Below are positions 27,746-37,664 of a stretch of 55,154 bases of DNA, piece by piece. The DNA lies in NCBI GenBank assembly GCA_044223895.1, contig JBGALL010000003.1, forward strand, positions 1-55,154, in the 5' to 3' direction. This DNA is from Candidatus Woesebacteria bacterium. GTDB lineage: Bacteria; Patescibacteriota; Microgenomatia; UBA10105; UBA927. Every line of letters starts with the position of its first letter. Position 1 is the first letter of the stretch. Below the pieces are notes generated by a model, which was not told where the DNA came from, made no database searches, and saw nothing but the letters and a program-made list of their open reading frames with translations. Made by a program: the position numbers and the translations under genes.

Positions 27746-29224
27746 TTATTTAATTGTTACTTCATCACCAGAGACGACATTTCGAGAAACGATTACCTGA
27801 TCAGAAGTACCCAATCCTTTTTGGACTTCAACATAGGATCCAAATACTTGACCTAGACTAATTTCTTTTCCGGATGCCATCCATTTACCTTCTGCCGATT
27901 GACTCGCGGTGTAGATAATAGCTGTCGATTGGGTTTGAAATACTGCATCGATAGGAATATATGGTACAGATGCGGTTGATTGAGCATTTCCTATCGGCAT
28001 TTCTACAGCTATGGCTGATCCATTGCCGAGTTGATCTTCAAACTCTTCTGGAACTGTAAAGGTAACACTATGGAGATTTCCATCAGTTGGTTCGGTAGAT
28101 ATATAGCGTGGTAATAATTCAACTGATTTTGTACCAATCATCACATTACTTTTTTCAAAACGGGACAATTGTTTGGCGACATCTCCGGAGACAAGGACAA
28201 TAACATTAGCTGCAGTTTTATTGCAAGCAATACTCACTAAAGGTTGACCGGGATTTACCGATGATCCAAGACTGGTTGAGATTCTCTCTACTACTCCACT
28301 ACATGGTGAAGCGGGATACATTAAAGATTCACTTATTTGAGCAATTCTCAGATTAAGCTGAGAAACTTCTTTCGCTAAGTTGAGCGACTTTTCCTGAAGA
28401 TTTAATTGTCCTAAAGCAATATCTTTTCCGAGGTCAGATAATCGCTCTGGAGGATTCCCGGTTGTAGCTTGATATTGTTGATTGGCTAGTGCTGTTTTCA
28501 AATTCAGTAACCCTGCCTCTACTCCAGCTTTGCCTTGCTTCGCCTGTAAAATCGCTACATCGTTAGATCCTTCTACATTGGTAGATTCCAAAAATTGTAT
28601 CTGACCATCAAGTGAGCTAATAATTTCCTGATTCAAAGAGATTAAGTCCTGAGTTGATTGAATTGATGAAGTAGCAATCTCTCGCAATGTATCTGCGTTG
28701 ATGTCTGACTGCTCGGCAACTTCTTTTTGGCGATGAATTAAGGCTACCTGTTCTGGATAATTTTCTTCGGTGAGTTGATTGCTTTTTTCCGCAATCTGAC
28801 GACTAACGGAAGCTATATTTCCACCTTGATATGAATTTGAAATACCTACCAGCATTTGACCTTTGTAAACCTTTCCACCTTCAGTTACATAAATATTTTG
28901 AACTATTCCAGAAGTTTGTGCTCCAATTTTTAATGCTCCTGTCTTTTCCACTTTCCCTGAGAAAGCCATTTTAGGAGCTTTTCCAATACTAAAGACTTCA
29001 ACTTCTTTCGGTTGTTTTTTGACTTCTTCGACAGTTACCGGAGGCTTACGAAGGGAGTTTCCTACCACTATTACTACAATGATTAGCGCCAAAACACCGA
29101 AAAAACTGGTTAATGGACGTGATTCAATTATACTGCCTATTCGATTCCGGATTGAAGTAAAGAATTTACGTATATTTTTCCAGATTTGGCCTAATTTGGT
29201 TGTAGATTTTCGTATATTTTCCAT
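27746..29224 (-). CDS. efflux transporter periplasmic adaptor (membrane fusion protein, HlyD family)
   Basis: 492 aa. N-terminal TM helix, lipoyl-like motifs (GALKIGAQTSGIVQNIYVTEGGKVYKGQML), a long coiled coil and a beta-barrel tail. Located upstream of the RND gene. Confidence 0.75.
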   Translation of the reverse strand: MENIRKSTTKLGQIWKNIRKFFTSIRNRIGSIIESRPLTSFFGVLALIIVVIVVGNSLRKPPVTVEEVKKQPKEVEVFSIGKAPKMAFSGKVEKTGALKIGAQTSGIVQNIYVTEGGKVYKGQMLVGISNSYQGGNIASVSRQIAEKSNQLTEENYPEQVALIHRQKEVAEQSDINADTLREIATSSIQSTQDLISLNQEIISSLDGQIQFLESTNVEGSNDVAILQAKQGKAGVEAGLLNLKTALANQQYQATTGNPPERLSDLGKDIALGQLNLQEKSLNLAKEVSQLNLRIAQISESLMYPASPCSGVVERISTSLGSSVNPGQPLVSIACNKTAANVIVLVSGDVAKQLSRFEKSNVMIGTKSVELLPRYISTEPTDGNLHSVTFTVPEEFEDQLGNGSAIAVEMPIGNAQSTASVPYIPIDAVFQTQSTAIIYTASQSAEGKWMASGKEISLGQVFGSYVEVQKGLGTSDQVIVSRNVVSGDEVTIK

Positions 29225-29321
29225 AAGGGCTAAATTATAGCACGTCCTATAGATATTTTCCAGTCACTTACTACGGGTTCCCTCTTGATTTACCCTCAAC
29301 CATTTGTCATAGTGGTTCAAT

Positions 29322-29828
29322 ATGAACGATATAACCGAAGATCAAACCCAACCAGTCGTCGATGGAGAAATAGTAGAAGATGCAGTAGGCAATCCTACAA
29401 ATACCACCACTTCACCCACTCCGTCAGATACGCCAAATAGTGATGTCTCTATACTTTTTAACCTAGAAAACCTTATCAAATCTCATATTTCTGGTTTGGA
29501 ACAACGTCGTGAAGAATTAAAAAAGTATAAAGAGATGATGAGTTCCTCTTTTAAAAATGACTCAAGTTACCAAGAAGCAGAAACCGCTGTAAAAGATGCG
29601 ACTAAACTCAAGAAAGAAGCAAAGGCTCGTTTGATGAAATTGCCTGAAGTTCGAAACGTACAAGAAAAAGTAACCGAATTTTCTACTGAAATCAAAGATA
29701 TGGATGGAGCGTTATCTGATTATCTCCGTGAATATCAACGACTTTCAGGCTCAAATGAAATCGTCGATGACAATGGAGTCATCCATGAAATCACCTATGT
29801 AGCTAAGTTGACTAAAAAAGCTAAATAG
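29322..29828 (+). CDS. hypothetical acidic coiled-coil protein
   Basis: 168-aa ORF with an acidic, Thr/Pro-rich N-terminus followed by charged helical segments. No motif recognised. Confidence 0.45.
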   Translation: MNDITEDQTQPVVDGEIVEDAVGNPTNTTTSPTPSDTPNSDVSILFNLENLIKSHISGLEQRREELKKYKEMMSSSFKNDSSYQEAETAVKDATKLKKEAKARLMKLPEVRNVQEKVTEFSTEIKDMDGALSDYLREYQRLSGSNEIVDDNGVIHEITYVAKLTKKAK

Positions 29829-29846
29829 GAATGGTATACTACCCTC

Positions 29847-30596
29847 ATGAGAATAACTCCAGTGAAAACCGATCCGGTTACCGAACGTGGCGACATACTT
29901 CTCTTTCTGAAAAAATTTATCCCTAAACTTGAGGAACGAAGTGTGGTGGTTATAACCTCAAAAATTGTTGCTATATTTGAGGGGAGAACAATAAAAATGG
30001 AACCTGGAGTCAAAAAAGAACAATTTGTAGAACAAGAATCTGAACAATTTATTGATCCCAAATATAACCTTTATGGATTTCATATAACGATAAAAAACGA
30101 TACCTTAATCGCTTCGGCAGGGATAGATGAATCAAATGGAAATGGCTATTACGTACTTTGGCCAGATGATCCATATAAAACAGCAAGCACCATTTGGTCA
30201 TATTTGAGAAACGAATTCAACATTAATCATCTTGGAATAGTTATCACCGACAGTAAAGTAACTCCCCTTCGTTGGGGTGTAACAGGTATTGGATTGGCCT
30301 ATTGTGGTTTTAAACCTCTCAATGATTTTCGGGGAAAACCAGATATCTTCGGCAGACCGCTTCATGTGACTCAAATCAATGTTCTCGATGGTTTGGCTGC
30401 TGCAGCAGTTTTACCAATGGGTGAAGCAAATGAACAAACTCCGCTAGCAGTGATAGATGATCTTCCTTTTGTAACGTTTACTGAATCAGCACCCACACCA
30501 GAAGATCGAGCCTCTCTTCATATAGAATTAGAAAAAGATATTTTTGCACCCTTGCTCGTCTCCGAAAAATGGCAAAAGGGTGGAAAAGCGAAGTAA
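29847..30596 (+). CDS. CofE-like (F420-0:gamma-glutamyl ligase family) protein
   Basis: 249 aa. VVVITSKIVAIFEGR, SAGIDESN and VITDSKVTPLRWGVTGIGLAYCGF match the CofE/FbiB N-domain family pattern. Confidence 0.7.
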   Translation: MRITPVKTDPVTERGDILLFLKKFIPKLEERSVVVITSKIVAIFEGRTIKMEPGVKKEQFVEQESEQFIDPKYNLYGFHITIKNDTLIASAGIDESNGNGYYVLWPDDPYKTASTIWSYLRNEFNINHLGIVITDSKVTPLRWGVTGIGLAYCGFKPLNDFRGKPDIFGRPLHVTQINVLDGLAAAAVLPMGEANEQTPLAVIDDLPFVTFTESAPTPEDRASLHIELEKDIFAPLLVSEKWQKGGKAK

Positions 30597-31346
30597 TTAG
30601 ACTTCTGTGTTGTAAAAAACTCCGCCGAGAATAATACCCAGACTTATCAGCAAAAAAACAGCAATAAACAGTGGGAATATTTTTTGTGCCTGAGCTCGAC
30701 CCCGATACTCTAGTAAACGAATTCCAAAGACGCAGATTATCCATACACTAATTAATAATCCAGCTGGTGGTAACATTCCACCAATTCCTTTATCTTGATG
30801 CAAAAACCATGTGATCCAGGTTTTATATTTCACCAGAACAACATGAATAAAGCCAAACAGCACCGAGACTCGTAACCCCCAGTTATGAATTGACCACCAG
30901 AGTTTTCGGTTCAAAGATCCGATAAAAATATCGAACGAAAGCAGGAATAACAGGATTAGTATAAGCAAACTAATACTTGCACAAATAAAGGCGGCATTCC
31001 CTAGATTAAATCGGCTAAGAGGAAAGTAATCAGGTAATCCAAACAAGGTAATCATCCCATGGAGATAGGCATAGATAAAGGAAATCATACCTAACCATTT
31101 TCGATACATCATCAGAAAACTGAGCTTAGAGTAGACTCTACTCATCGGACCTGTCACTAAAACGAGAGCTAATAACGCTCCAGCAGTTCCTGCAAGGGCT
31201 TTGTTGGCAATAAACAAAGAAAATTGCTCGTATCTCAACCCAATATATGAGAATAATATGAGGTATACGAACAAAGAAACTGAAATAGTTTTGGTTATTT
31301 GAACGGCGATTGGGCGCGGAATCATCTCCCGTAGTATACTACCCAC
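30597..31346 (-). CDS. ferric-reductase-like transmembrane domain protein (MsrQ/YedZ-like)
   Basis: 249 aa, six TM helices with intramembrane His (YAYLHGMI, FGFIHVVLV). The track start is a GTG abutting the divergent ATG at 31347. ATG 31325 is the more likely start. Confidence 0.5.
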   Translation of the reverse strand: MGSILREMIPRPIAVQITKTISVSLFVYLILFSYIGLRYEQFSLFIANKALAGTAGALLALVLVTGPMSRVYSKLSFLMMYRKWLGMISFIYAYLHGMITLFGLPDYFPLSRFNLGNAAFICASISLLILILLFLLSFDIFIGSLNRKLWWSIHNWGLRVSVLFGFIHVVLVKYKTWITWFLHQDKGIGGMLPPAGLLISVWIICVFGIRLLEYRGRAQAQKIFPLFIAVFLLISLGIILGGVFYNTEV

Positions 31347-32109
31347 ATGAGGTTGATTTCTATCTTTTTTAGCCTTCTGTCTTTATTCCTTGGACCAGCC
31401 AACTCAGATTTATCCAAAACTGCAGATACATCTATAAGCCCTACCACTACAGAAGTTCAAAAAACAGTGAGCTATAACAATAAATCCTATGCCTTCACCT
31501 TTCTGGGTCCACTTGATGCCAAACAATTAAGTCTTCATAGCAATCTACCAGAAAAGCAGACAACATCGCAGCTAAAAGAACTTCATGGTTGTAAGTATTT
31601 AGTAAACGGAGGGTTCTATGGGAAAAACGATCAACCATTAGGATTATTTCTTACTGAAGGTATCATCAGATATCCTCAACTAAACAGTTCCCTATTCAAT
31701 GGTTTTATCGCCAAACCGATTGATGGAATTCCCACAATTGCCAATGGTCTCCCTGATGTTGATTTGTCCTTTGCCTTGCAATCCGGGCCTCAACTTATCG
31801 AAACTAGTGTATCACGTACCTTAAAATTGTCTGCCGATGAGGAAGCTAGAAGAATAGTTGTGGGAGTAGGTAAAAATGGCAACGTGTATTTTATGGGAAT
31901 CTTTTTCTCCAACCAATATGTACTCTGGGCTATTATTATTAGTTGATCTCCCAGAAATTGTTCAAGCGATTATTAAGAAAGAAACAATTGATGTTGTCGA
32001 TGCTCTGAATCTAGATGGTGGAAATCACTCGGCATTTTATGGCAACGACACCACCTTATATGAGCTAAGTCCTATCGGAAGTTTCTTTTGCATCAAAGAT
32101 AACTCCTGA
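31347..32109 (+). pseudogene. phosphodiester glycosidase (NAGPA/DUF2233) family gene interrupted by a frameshift
   Basis: Two overlapping ORFs (31347-31946 in frame 0, 31876-32109 in frame 1) carry the N- and C-terminal halves of one domain (CKYLVNGGFYG... then ...VDALNLDGGNHSAFY). The shift must lie within 31870-31943. A T5 run sits at 31902-31906. Confidence 0.65.
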
Positions 32110-33045
32110 GACTGCCTCGAGATACTTAAGATACGGGATATAATCTTCACTATTATAGAATCCTCTATCTAATGGATCTATCAAAGCACCAATACGTAAT
32201 AGCGGGATATGTTTTAAATCTATACCAAAATCACTGGCATCCTTTTCTGCCTCCTCACCATAGTATGGCTTGCCAACATAAATTGTTACTGGTGAATTGA
32301 GATTTATATTCCAAACTGCATGTGGCAATACATTTGCTGAACCATGTATCCCAAGCGGCACATGAAGTACATGATCTTGAATTCCTTTTTTCTTAATCAT
32401 TTTGATAATAATTTCACTTCCTTGTTCACCTTTTTGTTAGCTTTGCCCGCCTTCCTCCTTGATAAAAGTGAACCCAGCAATCCTCTCCTGTTTCAGACTG
32501 TCGGTGATTGTATCCATAGCAGCGTAGGCTAATTTTCTATTTAGTGCTTCAAATCCATTATCACTTGTAACAGTTTCTATAATCTCGCTCTGGACAGTTG
32601 GAATAATTTCCATGTCTCTAACATCTGCCATAGACTGCAAGATAAATCCCTGAACTGCATTGGTTTTCTTTTTAAACTTACTTATATTTTCCGCATATTT
32701 TACCAGCTCTTCTGGAGTGAGGACCTTATCGTAAAAAAACGGTAGAGACTTCGTGCCAATGAGCCAAATCATTCTATCTATATCATTTTCAAAAGATCCA
32801 AGAATGTTATTCCTAATTACTACATGATCAAAATGTGACGTATGATTACCTTCAAATAATGCGCTGCCCCCCTGTTTAAAATGATTTTGTACTATGAATA
32901 AGTTTTCTTGGCCAATAACTCTTACGTTGACTCGTTCGGAAACATGCCACAAACCTTCCATCATTAGATTAACAGGAAACTTTGCCAATTCTGGCACGGT
33001 GTAATCATATCTTTGTAGTCGTTCTCGTAAAGCTGCAGTACTCAT
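32065..33045 (-). pseudogene. LPLAT/PlsC-family acyltransferase interrupted by an in-frame TAA
   Basis: ORFs 33045-32437 and 32400-32065 are in the same frame. Block I is GNHTSHFD (HX4D). The block III-like segment FIKEEGGQS-TAA-QKGEQG places the stop inside the FPEGGRSRTG-type motif. The block IV-like segment LHVPLGIHGS lies in the downstream piece. Confidence 0.6.
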
Positions 33046-33093
33046 AGTTTTTTAAACGTTTTATAAGTAATCAATATACGTTAAAATTAGCAA

Positions 33094-34866
33094 ATGAAGA
33101 ACATTATCCGAATCATAAAAATATCCAAGCCTCTCCATAAATTGGTGGCTGCATTGGGAATATTAATCCTTATTACCGCAATACTCAACCTGGTTGCTCC
33201 TCTCCTCTCAAAGCTTATTGTTGATGAAATTACCGCTCAAATTCAAACTCATAATGGCGATATGCAACGGCTTATATTTCTTATTTTCGTTGCCTTTGGA
33301 TCCAGCTTAGTCAGTGTGTTTTTAACTGCCATAACCGAGAGGTTAGGAGACCATTTTGCAGGACGATTACGAAAGTTTTTGACAGAAACCTTTTATGACA
33401 AGGTGTTTACCTTACCTCAATCATATTTTGATTCTGAACTTTCTGGGAAACTAACCAACCAATTAAACCGGGGAATTTTGACCATTCAAGAGTTTATGAA
33501 TGGTATGACTAATTTTATATTGCCAACATTCATTCAAAGTTTCTTGATCGTTGGTATTTTAGCTTATTATAACGTTCCTATAGCTGTCTTTATCGTTATG
33601 CTCTTTCCTATTTATATGGGGATTAGTTACTACTCCACGCTTCAGTGGGGTAAAGAAGAGGTGAAGAAAAACGCTATTGAAGACCGCACCAGAGGTCGGA
33701 TTCAGGAAGTTATCTCTAACATGGCTCTGGTGAAAAGTTTTACTACCGAGAAACGTGAATTTACTACCGTTTCTGATAACTTAGCTGACATCAATACTAT
33801 TTATGCGAAACAAAGCCAAACCTTCCATATCTTTGATTTTTTCCGAGGGTTTTCTCTCCAGGTTATCTTGTTTGGCGTTAATTTAATTGTTTTTTATAAC
33901 ACCTTTCAAGGGAGATTAACGATCGGCGAGATGGTACTTATTTTGCAATTAGTGAATCAAGCACGAATTCCCCTATTCGCGATGTCATATATTTTAACCC
34001 AGATCCAAATGGCAGAATCAGGATCAAAAGAATATTTTGAATTACTATCATTGGAATCAAAAGAAAATTACAAAAAGCGTCCCACAGACTTCGAACGGCT
34101 TAAGCCACCAACAGTTGAATTCAAGAACGTTGAATTCTCTTATGAGGCATCTGGAACAGTCTTGCATGATGTAAATCTCACTCTTAAAAGTCCGGAAAGT
34201 GTGGCTCTGGTTGGCCATAGTGGTGCTGGGAAATCAACACTCATTAGTTTAATACTTAAATTTTATGAACCAACCAAAGGAGAGTTAACTTTGAACGGAA
34301 AATCATATAGTAGTTATGATCATTTCACTATTCGCAATAATGCTGCTTTAGTGTTCCAAGAAAACGAATTATTCTCTTCCACTATTCGAGAAAATGTAGC
34401 CTACGGAAACCCTAACGCCAGCGAGAAACAAATTATAGACGCTCTCAAGTTAGCCAATGCCTATGATTTTGCCATGAAACTTCCACAAGGCTTAGACAGT
34501 GAAATCGGTGAACGCGGAGTACGTTTGTCAGGTGGTCAGAAACAACGAATCCAAATTGCTCGAGCTATACTCAAGGATGCACCTATTCTCATTTTAGACG
34601 AAGCCACTTCTTCGCTCGATGCTAAATCAGAAAAGGAAGTTCAAGATGGACTCGAGAATCTGTTCAAAAAGAAGTTGGTTATTATCATTGCCCATAGATT
34701 CTCCACTATTCAAAGTGTCGATAAAGTTGTTGTTCTTGATCAGGGACATGTGGTTGATTTTGGAAAACCTCAGGAATTGGCAAAGAAACCAGGCGTCTAC
34801 TCAGAATTATTGAGATATCAGATTGAGGGGAATAAGAAGTTACTGGAGAAATACGAGATATTCTAA
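33094..34866 (+). CDS. ABC exporter, fused permease/ATPase (MsbA-like type I exporter)
   Basis: 590 aa with a six-TM N-domain. Walker A GHSGAGKST, signature LSGGQKQR, Walker B ILILDEATS. Confidence 0.9.
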   Translation: MKNIIRIIKISKPLHKLVAALGILILITAILNLVAPLLSKLIVDEITAQIQTHNGDMQRLIFLIFVAFGSSLVSVFLTAITERLGDHFAGRLRKFLTETFYDKVFTLPQSYFDSELSGKLTNQLNRGILTIQEFMNGMTNFILPTFIQSFLIVGILAYYNVPIAVFIVMLFPIYMGISYYSTLQWGKEEVKKNAIEDRTRGRIQEVISNMALVKSFTTEKREFTTVSDNLADINTIYAKQSQTFHIFDFFRGFSLQVILFGVNLIVFYNTFQGRLTIGEMVLILQLVNQARIPLFAMSYILTQIQMAESGSKEYFELLSLESKENYKKRPTDFERLKPPTVEFKNVEFSYEASGTVLHDVNLTLKSPESVALVGHSGAGKSTLISLILKFYEPTKGELTLNGKSYSSYDHFTIRNNAALVFQENELFSSTIRENVAYGNPNASEKQIIDALKLANAYDFAMKLPQGLDSEIGERGVRLSGGQKQRIQIARAILKDAPILILDEATSSLDAKSEKEVQDGLENLFKKKLVIIIAHRFSTIQSVDKVVVLDQGHVVDFGKPQELAKKPGVYSELLRYQIEGNKKLLEKYEIF

Positions 34867-34906
34867 TACTTTTTAAGTAGATAAATACTTTACTGGAAAT
34901 AAAATA

Positions 34907-36166
34907 CTATTTCCTTAGAAACAAAATTGCATTGGGTATGGCTCGACCAGGTCCTGCCTTATATCCCGAATACCAGAGTGCTGTCGATCCACCAGAATCA
35001 AGATTTAAGGCATTATCCATTCCTAAGGCTTTGAGCACATTAGCGTTTTCGGCAACAGTGGCGTTATAGGTAATTCCTATATAGACAGTGTTGCCTTTGT
35101 TGGCGACAAAACTTCGTGGTCCTTTACTCCCTTTTTTAGGGTCACCATCACCTCCAAAAACTACATTACCACCCGATAGCAACAATGGCTGATTAGCGAT
35201 CATACTATCTATCCCAGTGTCTCTCCCCCATTCCAAAGATCGTCCTACAAAACGCACTGACCCTCCTAAAAATATTACAGCAGGGACGGTACTATAGACG
35301 TTGTTATCAGAATTAAAATAGGTTTTATTTTTGTTCATTAACAAGGTATCAAAGGAATTGGTTTTTCCTACACAAGATGGGTAGGATGCTGGACAAAAAT
35401 ATGATCCATTTATACCAGCATAGGCATTATTACGAGATACATAATCTCCCAGCGATAAGACTGGGCAATTATCTTTACAATCGCCTCCAGAAGCTGTATC
35501 TACAATAACTTTGGTGGAAGACAAATCACCAGCGATCAAGTCCACAACATAATTTTGACCTAAAGCATTTACCGATTGTTTACTAAATCCGGAACCTGGC
35601 GCTGTGTTACTTTGTTTGACACTGGGAGCAATGGTTGGAGTAGGGATCAAAGAATCTTTTAGCTTTTGTATCTCTGTAGTTAATGTATTTAAGGTAGTTT
35701 GAGCTTTTTGATAATCTTTTTTAGATAAATCCACTAATACTTGTGCAAATAGTGCATCGAGCTTTTCGGTTTTTCCACTAAGTTCTTTGACTTTTAACAA
35801 CTCTTCGTAGGAACTTACTGCATCGTTATACGTTTTTTGGATATTATTTATCTCTTCATTTAAGCTGTCATTTCGTTTCCGTTGATCTTCGTTTTTTACT
35901 CTATCTAGTTCACCACTAATACTGGCTAAATTAGCCGAAAGAGTTTGATTCGAGGCTTCTTCAATAGAGACATTTTCTTTTAAACTTGAAACGTTTTTTT
36001 TAAGAAAGGCAATCTCTTGGTGCAATTTTTCCTTTTCATCGGCTGCAAAAAAAGACACTCCTGCAGCAAAGAAAAAAGCAGAAATAAGAATAAATCCTAA
36101 GAATATCTGAAGCCGAGACACATGAAACCTCGGCTGCTTGGCAGTAAGCATACCTCTAGTATACAT
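34907..36166 (-). CDS. membrane-anchored coiled-coil protein with phosphodiester glycosidase (NAGPA/DUF2233) domain
   Basis: 419 aa. One TM helix, about 130 aa of heptad-like charged region, then INGSYFC... and NALNLDSGGSTALWY. Confidence 0.7.
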   Translation of the reverse strand: MYTRGMLTAKQPRFHVSRLQIFLGFILISAFFFAAGVSFFAADEKEKLHQEIAFLKKNVSSLKENVSIEEASNQTLSANLASISGELDRVKNEDQRKRNDSLNEEINNIQKTYNDAVSSYEELLKVKELSGKTEKLDALFAQVLVDLSKKDYQKAQTTLNTLTTEIQKLKDSLIPTPTIAPSVKQSNTAPGSGFSKQSVNALGQNYVVDLIAGDLSSTKVIVDTASGGDCKDNCPVLSLGDYVSRNNAYAGINGSYFCPASYPSCVGKTNSFDTLLMNKNKTYFNSDNNVYSTVPAVIFLGGSVRFVGRSLEWGRDTGIDSMIANQPLLLSGGNVVFGGDGDPKKGSKGPRSFVANKGNTVYIGITYNATVAENANVLKALGMDNALNLDSGGSTALWYSGYKAGPGRAIPNAILFLRK

Positions 36167-36283
36167 AACTCTAAATGAGAATATATAGTCTACGGAAGAG
36201 CTTTTTGCATCATCTAAACCTTACGAATTATTTACGAGTTCTATATATACAACTGTAGAGAAAAGGTGTATTAGTACGACTAT

Positions 36284-36580
36284 ATGGCATCCACAGTATT
36301 AATTATTATTGTTTTGTTATGGTTCTTGGGATTCATTCAGATTCCTTATATTCACAGCACTTTATTTACGCTTTTAGGTAAGCCAATCACCCTCTATACC
36401 ATCCTCCTGTTCTTGATCATTGCCTGGATTATTGAAATACTGCCTTCACCACTACGACAAATTGTCTTTATACTTTTTTTGTTGTGGGTGCTATCAGTTT
36501 TAGGAATTTTCACCTTCACAGGGTTATCTCAAGCCTTAGTTGTAGCTATCATCATTGGGTTACTGCTTTCATTTTTCTAG
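36284..36580 (+). CDS. small membrane protein, unknown function
   Basis: 98 aa, three hydrophobic helices, no motif. Confidence 0.4.
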   Translation: MASTVLIIIVLLWFLGFIQIPYIHSTLFTLLGKPITLYTILLFLIIAWIIEILPSPLRQIVFILFLLWVLSVLGIFTFTGLSQALVVAIIIGLLLSFF

Positions 36581-36653
36581 AGAGATTGCTTGCATCACAG
36601 CGTATTCTCACCTAGACTAGATATAGGTACTTCAGATCCTCGTGGATATATCT

Positions 36654-37310
36654 ATGAAACCCAGCCGAATGATGATCACAACTTTTCTTCTCTCTACTGC
36701 AGGGACTATAGTCATGTTATTGATACGGATGCTGATAAGTGGGACTCCAACCTATTATTTTTTGGTCTATAATTTGTTTTTGGCTTGGATTCCGTTATTA
36801 TTTTCTACTAGTCTGGTAGTTATTCATGAAAAACGACATATTAAATACAAACGATTAAAACAAGCTATCTTGGCGATATTATGGCTTTTATTTATCCCCA
36901 ATTCACCATATTTACTAACCGATTTTATTCATCTTAAGCTTCGAGATAGTACCCCTTTATGGTTTGATGTTTTATTATTCGAATCATTTACCATAGTAGG
37001 GTTAATGTTGGGTACAATATCAGCCATGCAAGTAGAACGATTGATTAAGGAAAAAATTGGAAAAAAGAAAAGTACCTATGTCTCATTGGGAATATTTTTC
37101 TTGGTCAGTTTTGGAGTGGCCTTGGGAAGGTTTTTTAGATTTAACAGTTGGGATGTATTTGTTACACCACACCTATTTATCAAACAGGTTGCTTTTTCTT
37201 TGATCACCCCATACATTTGGATAGAGTCAATTGCTTTTAGTATTTTTTTCTTTTTCTTTTTAACGGGAACACATTTTTTAGTCAAAACAATCGATGAATG
37301 GAAGCGGTAA
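36654..37310 (+). CDS. DUF1361 family membrane protein
   Basis: YNLFLAWIPLLF and IPNSPYLLTDFIHL match DUF1361 signatures. The track ORF opens at GTG 36642; ATG 36654 is preferred. Confidence 0.6.
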   Translation: MKPSRMMITTFLLSTAGTIVMLLIRMLISGTPTYYFLVYNLFLAWIPLLFSTSLVVIHEKRHIKYKRLKQAILAILWLLFIPNSPYLLTDFIHLKLRDSTPLWFDVLLFESFTIVGLMLGTISAMQVERLIKEKIGKKKSTYVSLGIFFLVSFGVALGRFFRFNSWDVFVTPHLFIKQVAFSLITPYIWIESIAFSIFFFFFLTGTHFLVKTIDEWKR

Positions 37311-37319
37311 TTTGTAGAA

Positions 37320-37631
37320 TTATTTTTGGACTACATTGTCTACATACAACGTCGTTCCTGAGTATTGTCCAGTAACTTCAACATTCTTGCCAACGTATTC
37401 ATCAAGTTTTACTGAATAGGAGCTCAAGGGTACTACTGACGTGCTGGTTTTCAGAAGATGACTATAGTCGACTCCAGAATCAAAAACTTTTTGAACTGAT
37501 CCAGACAGAACAGTTGATTGCTTTACCTTCGGTCTAGCAGTTTCTAAACTTTTTTGTGACAAATAAATATACCCACCGACACCTACCCCAACTAATATAA
37601 GAATGGTAAGTAAAATCATTACTAACTTCAT
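37320..37631 (-). CDS. small membrane-anchored protein, unknown function
   Basis: 103 aa with an N-terminal TM helix and a beta-rich ectodomain. Confidence 0.4.
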   Translation of the reverse strand: MKLVMILLTILILVGVGVGGYIYLSQKSLETARPKVKQSTVLSGSVQKVFDSGVDYSHLLKTSTSVVPLSSYSVKLDEYVGKNVEVTGQYSGTTLYVDNVVQK

Positions 37632-37664
37632 ATAAATTTAATATACAGAAAAAAAAGGGTTATT

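Noticed and set aside
36590-36772. 60-aa ORF overlapping the start of the DUF1361 gene
   Set aside because: It is out of frame with, and overlapped by, the DUF1361 gene, which has clear family motifs.
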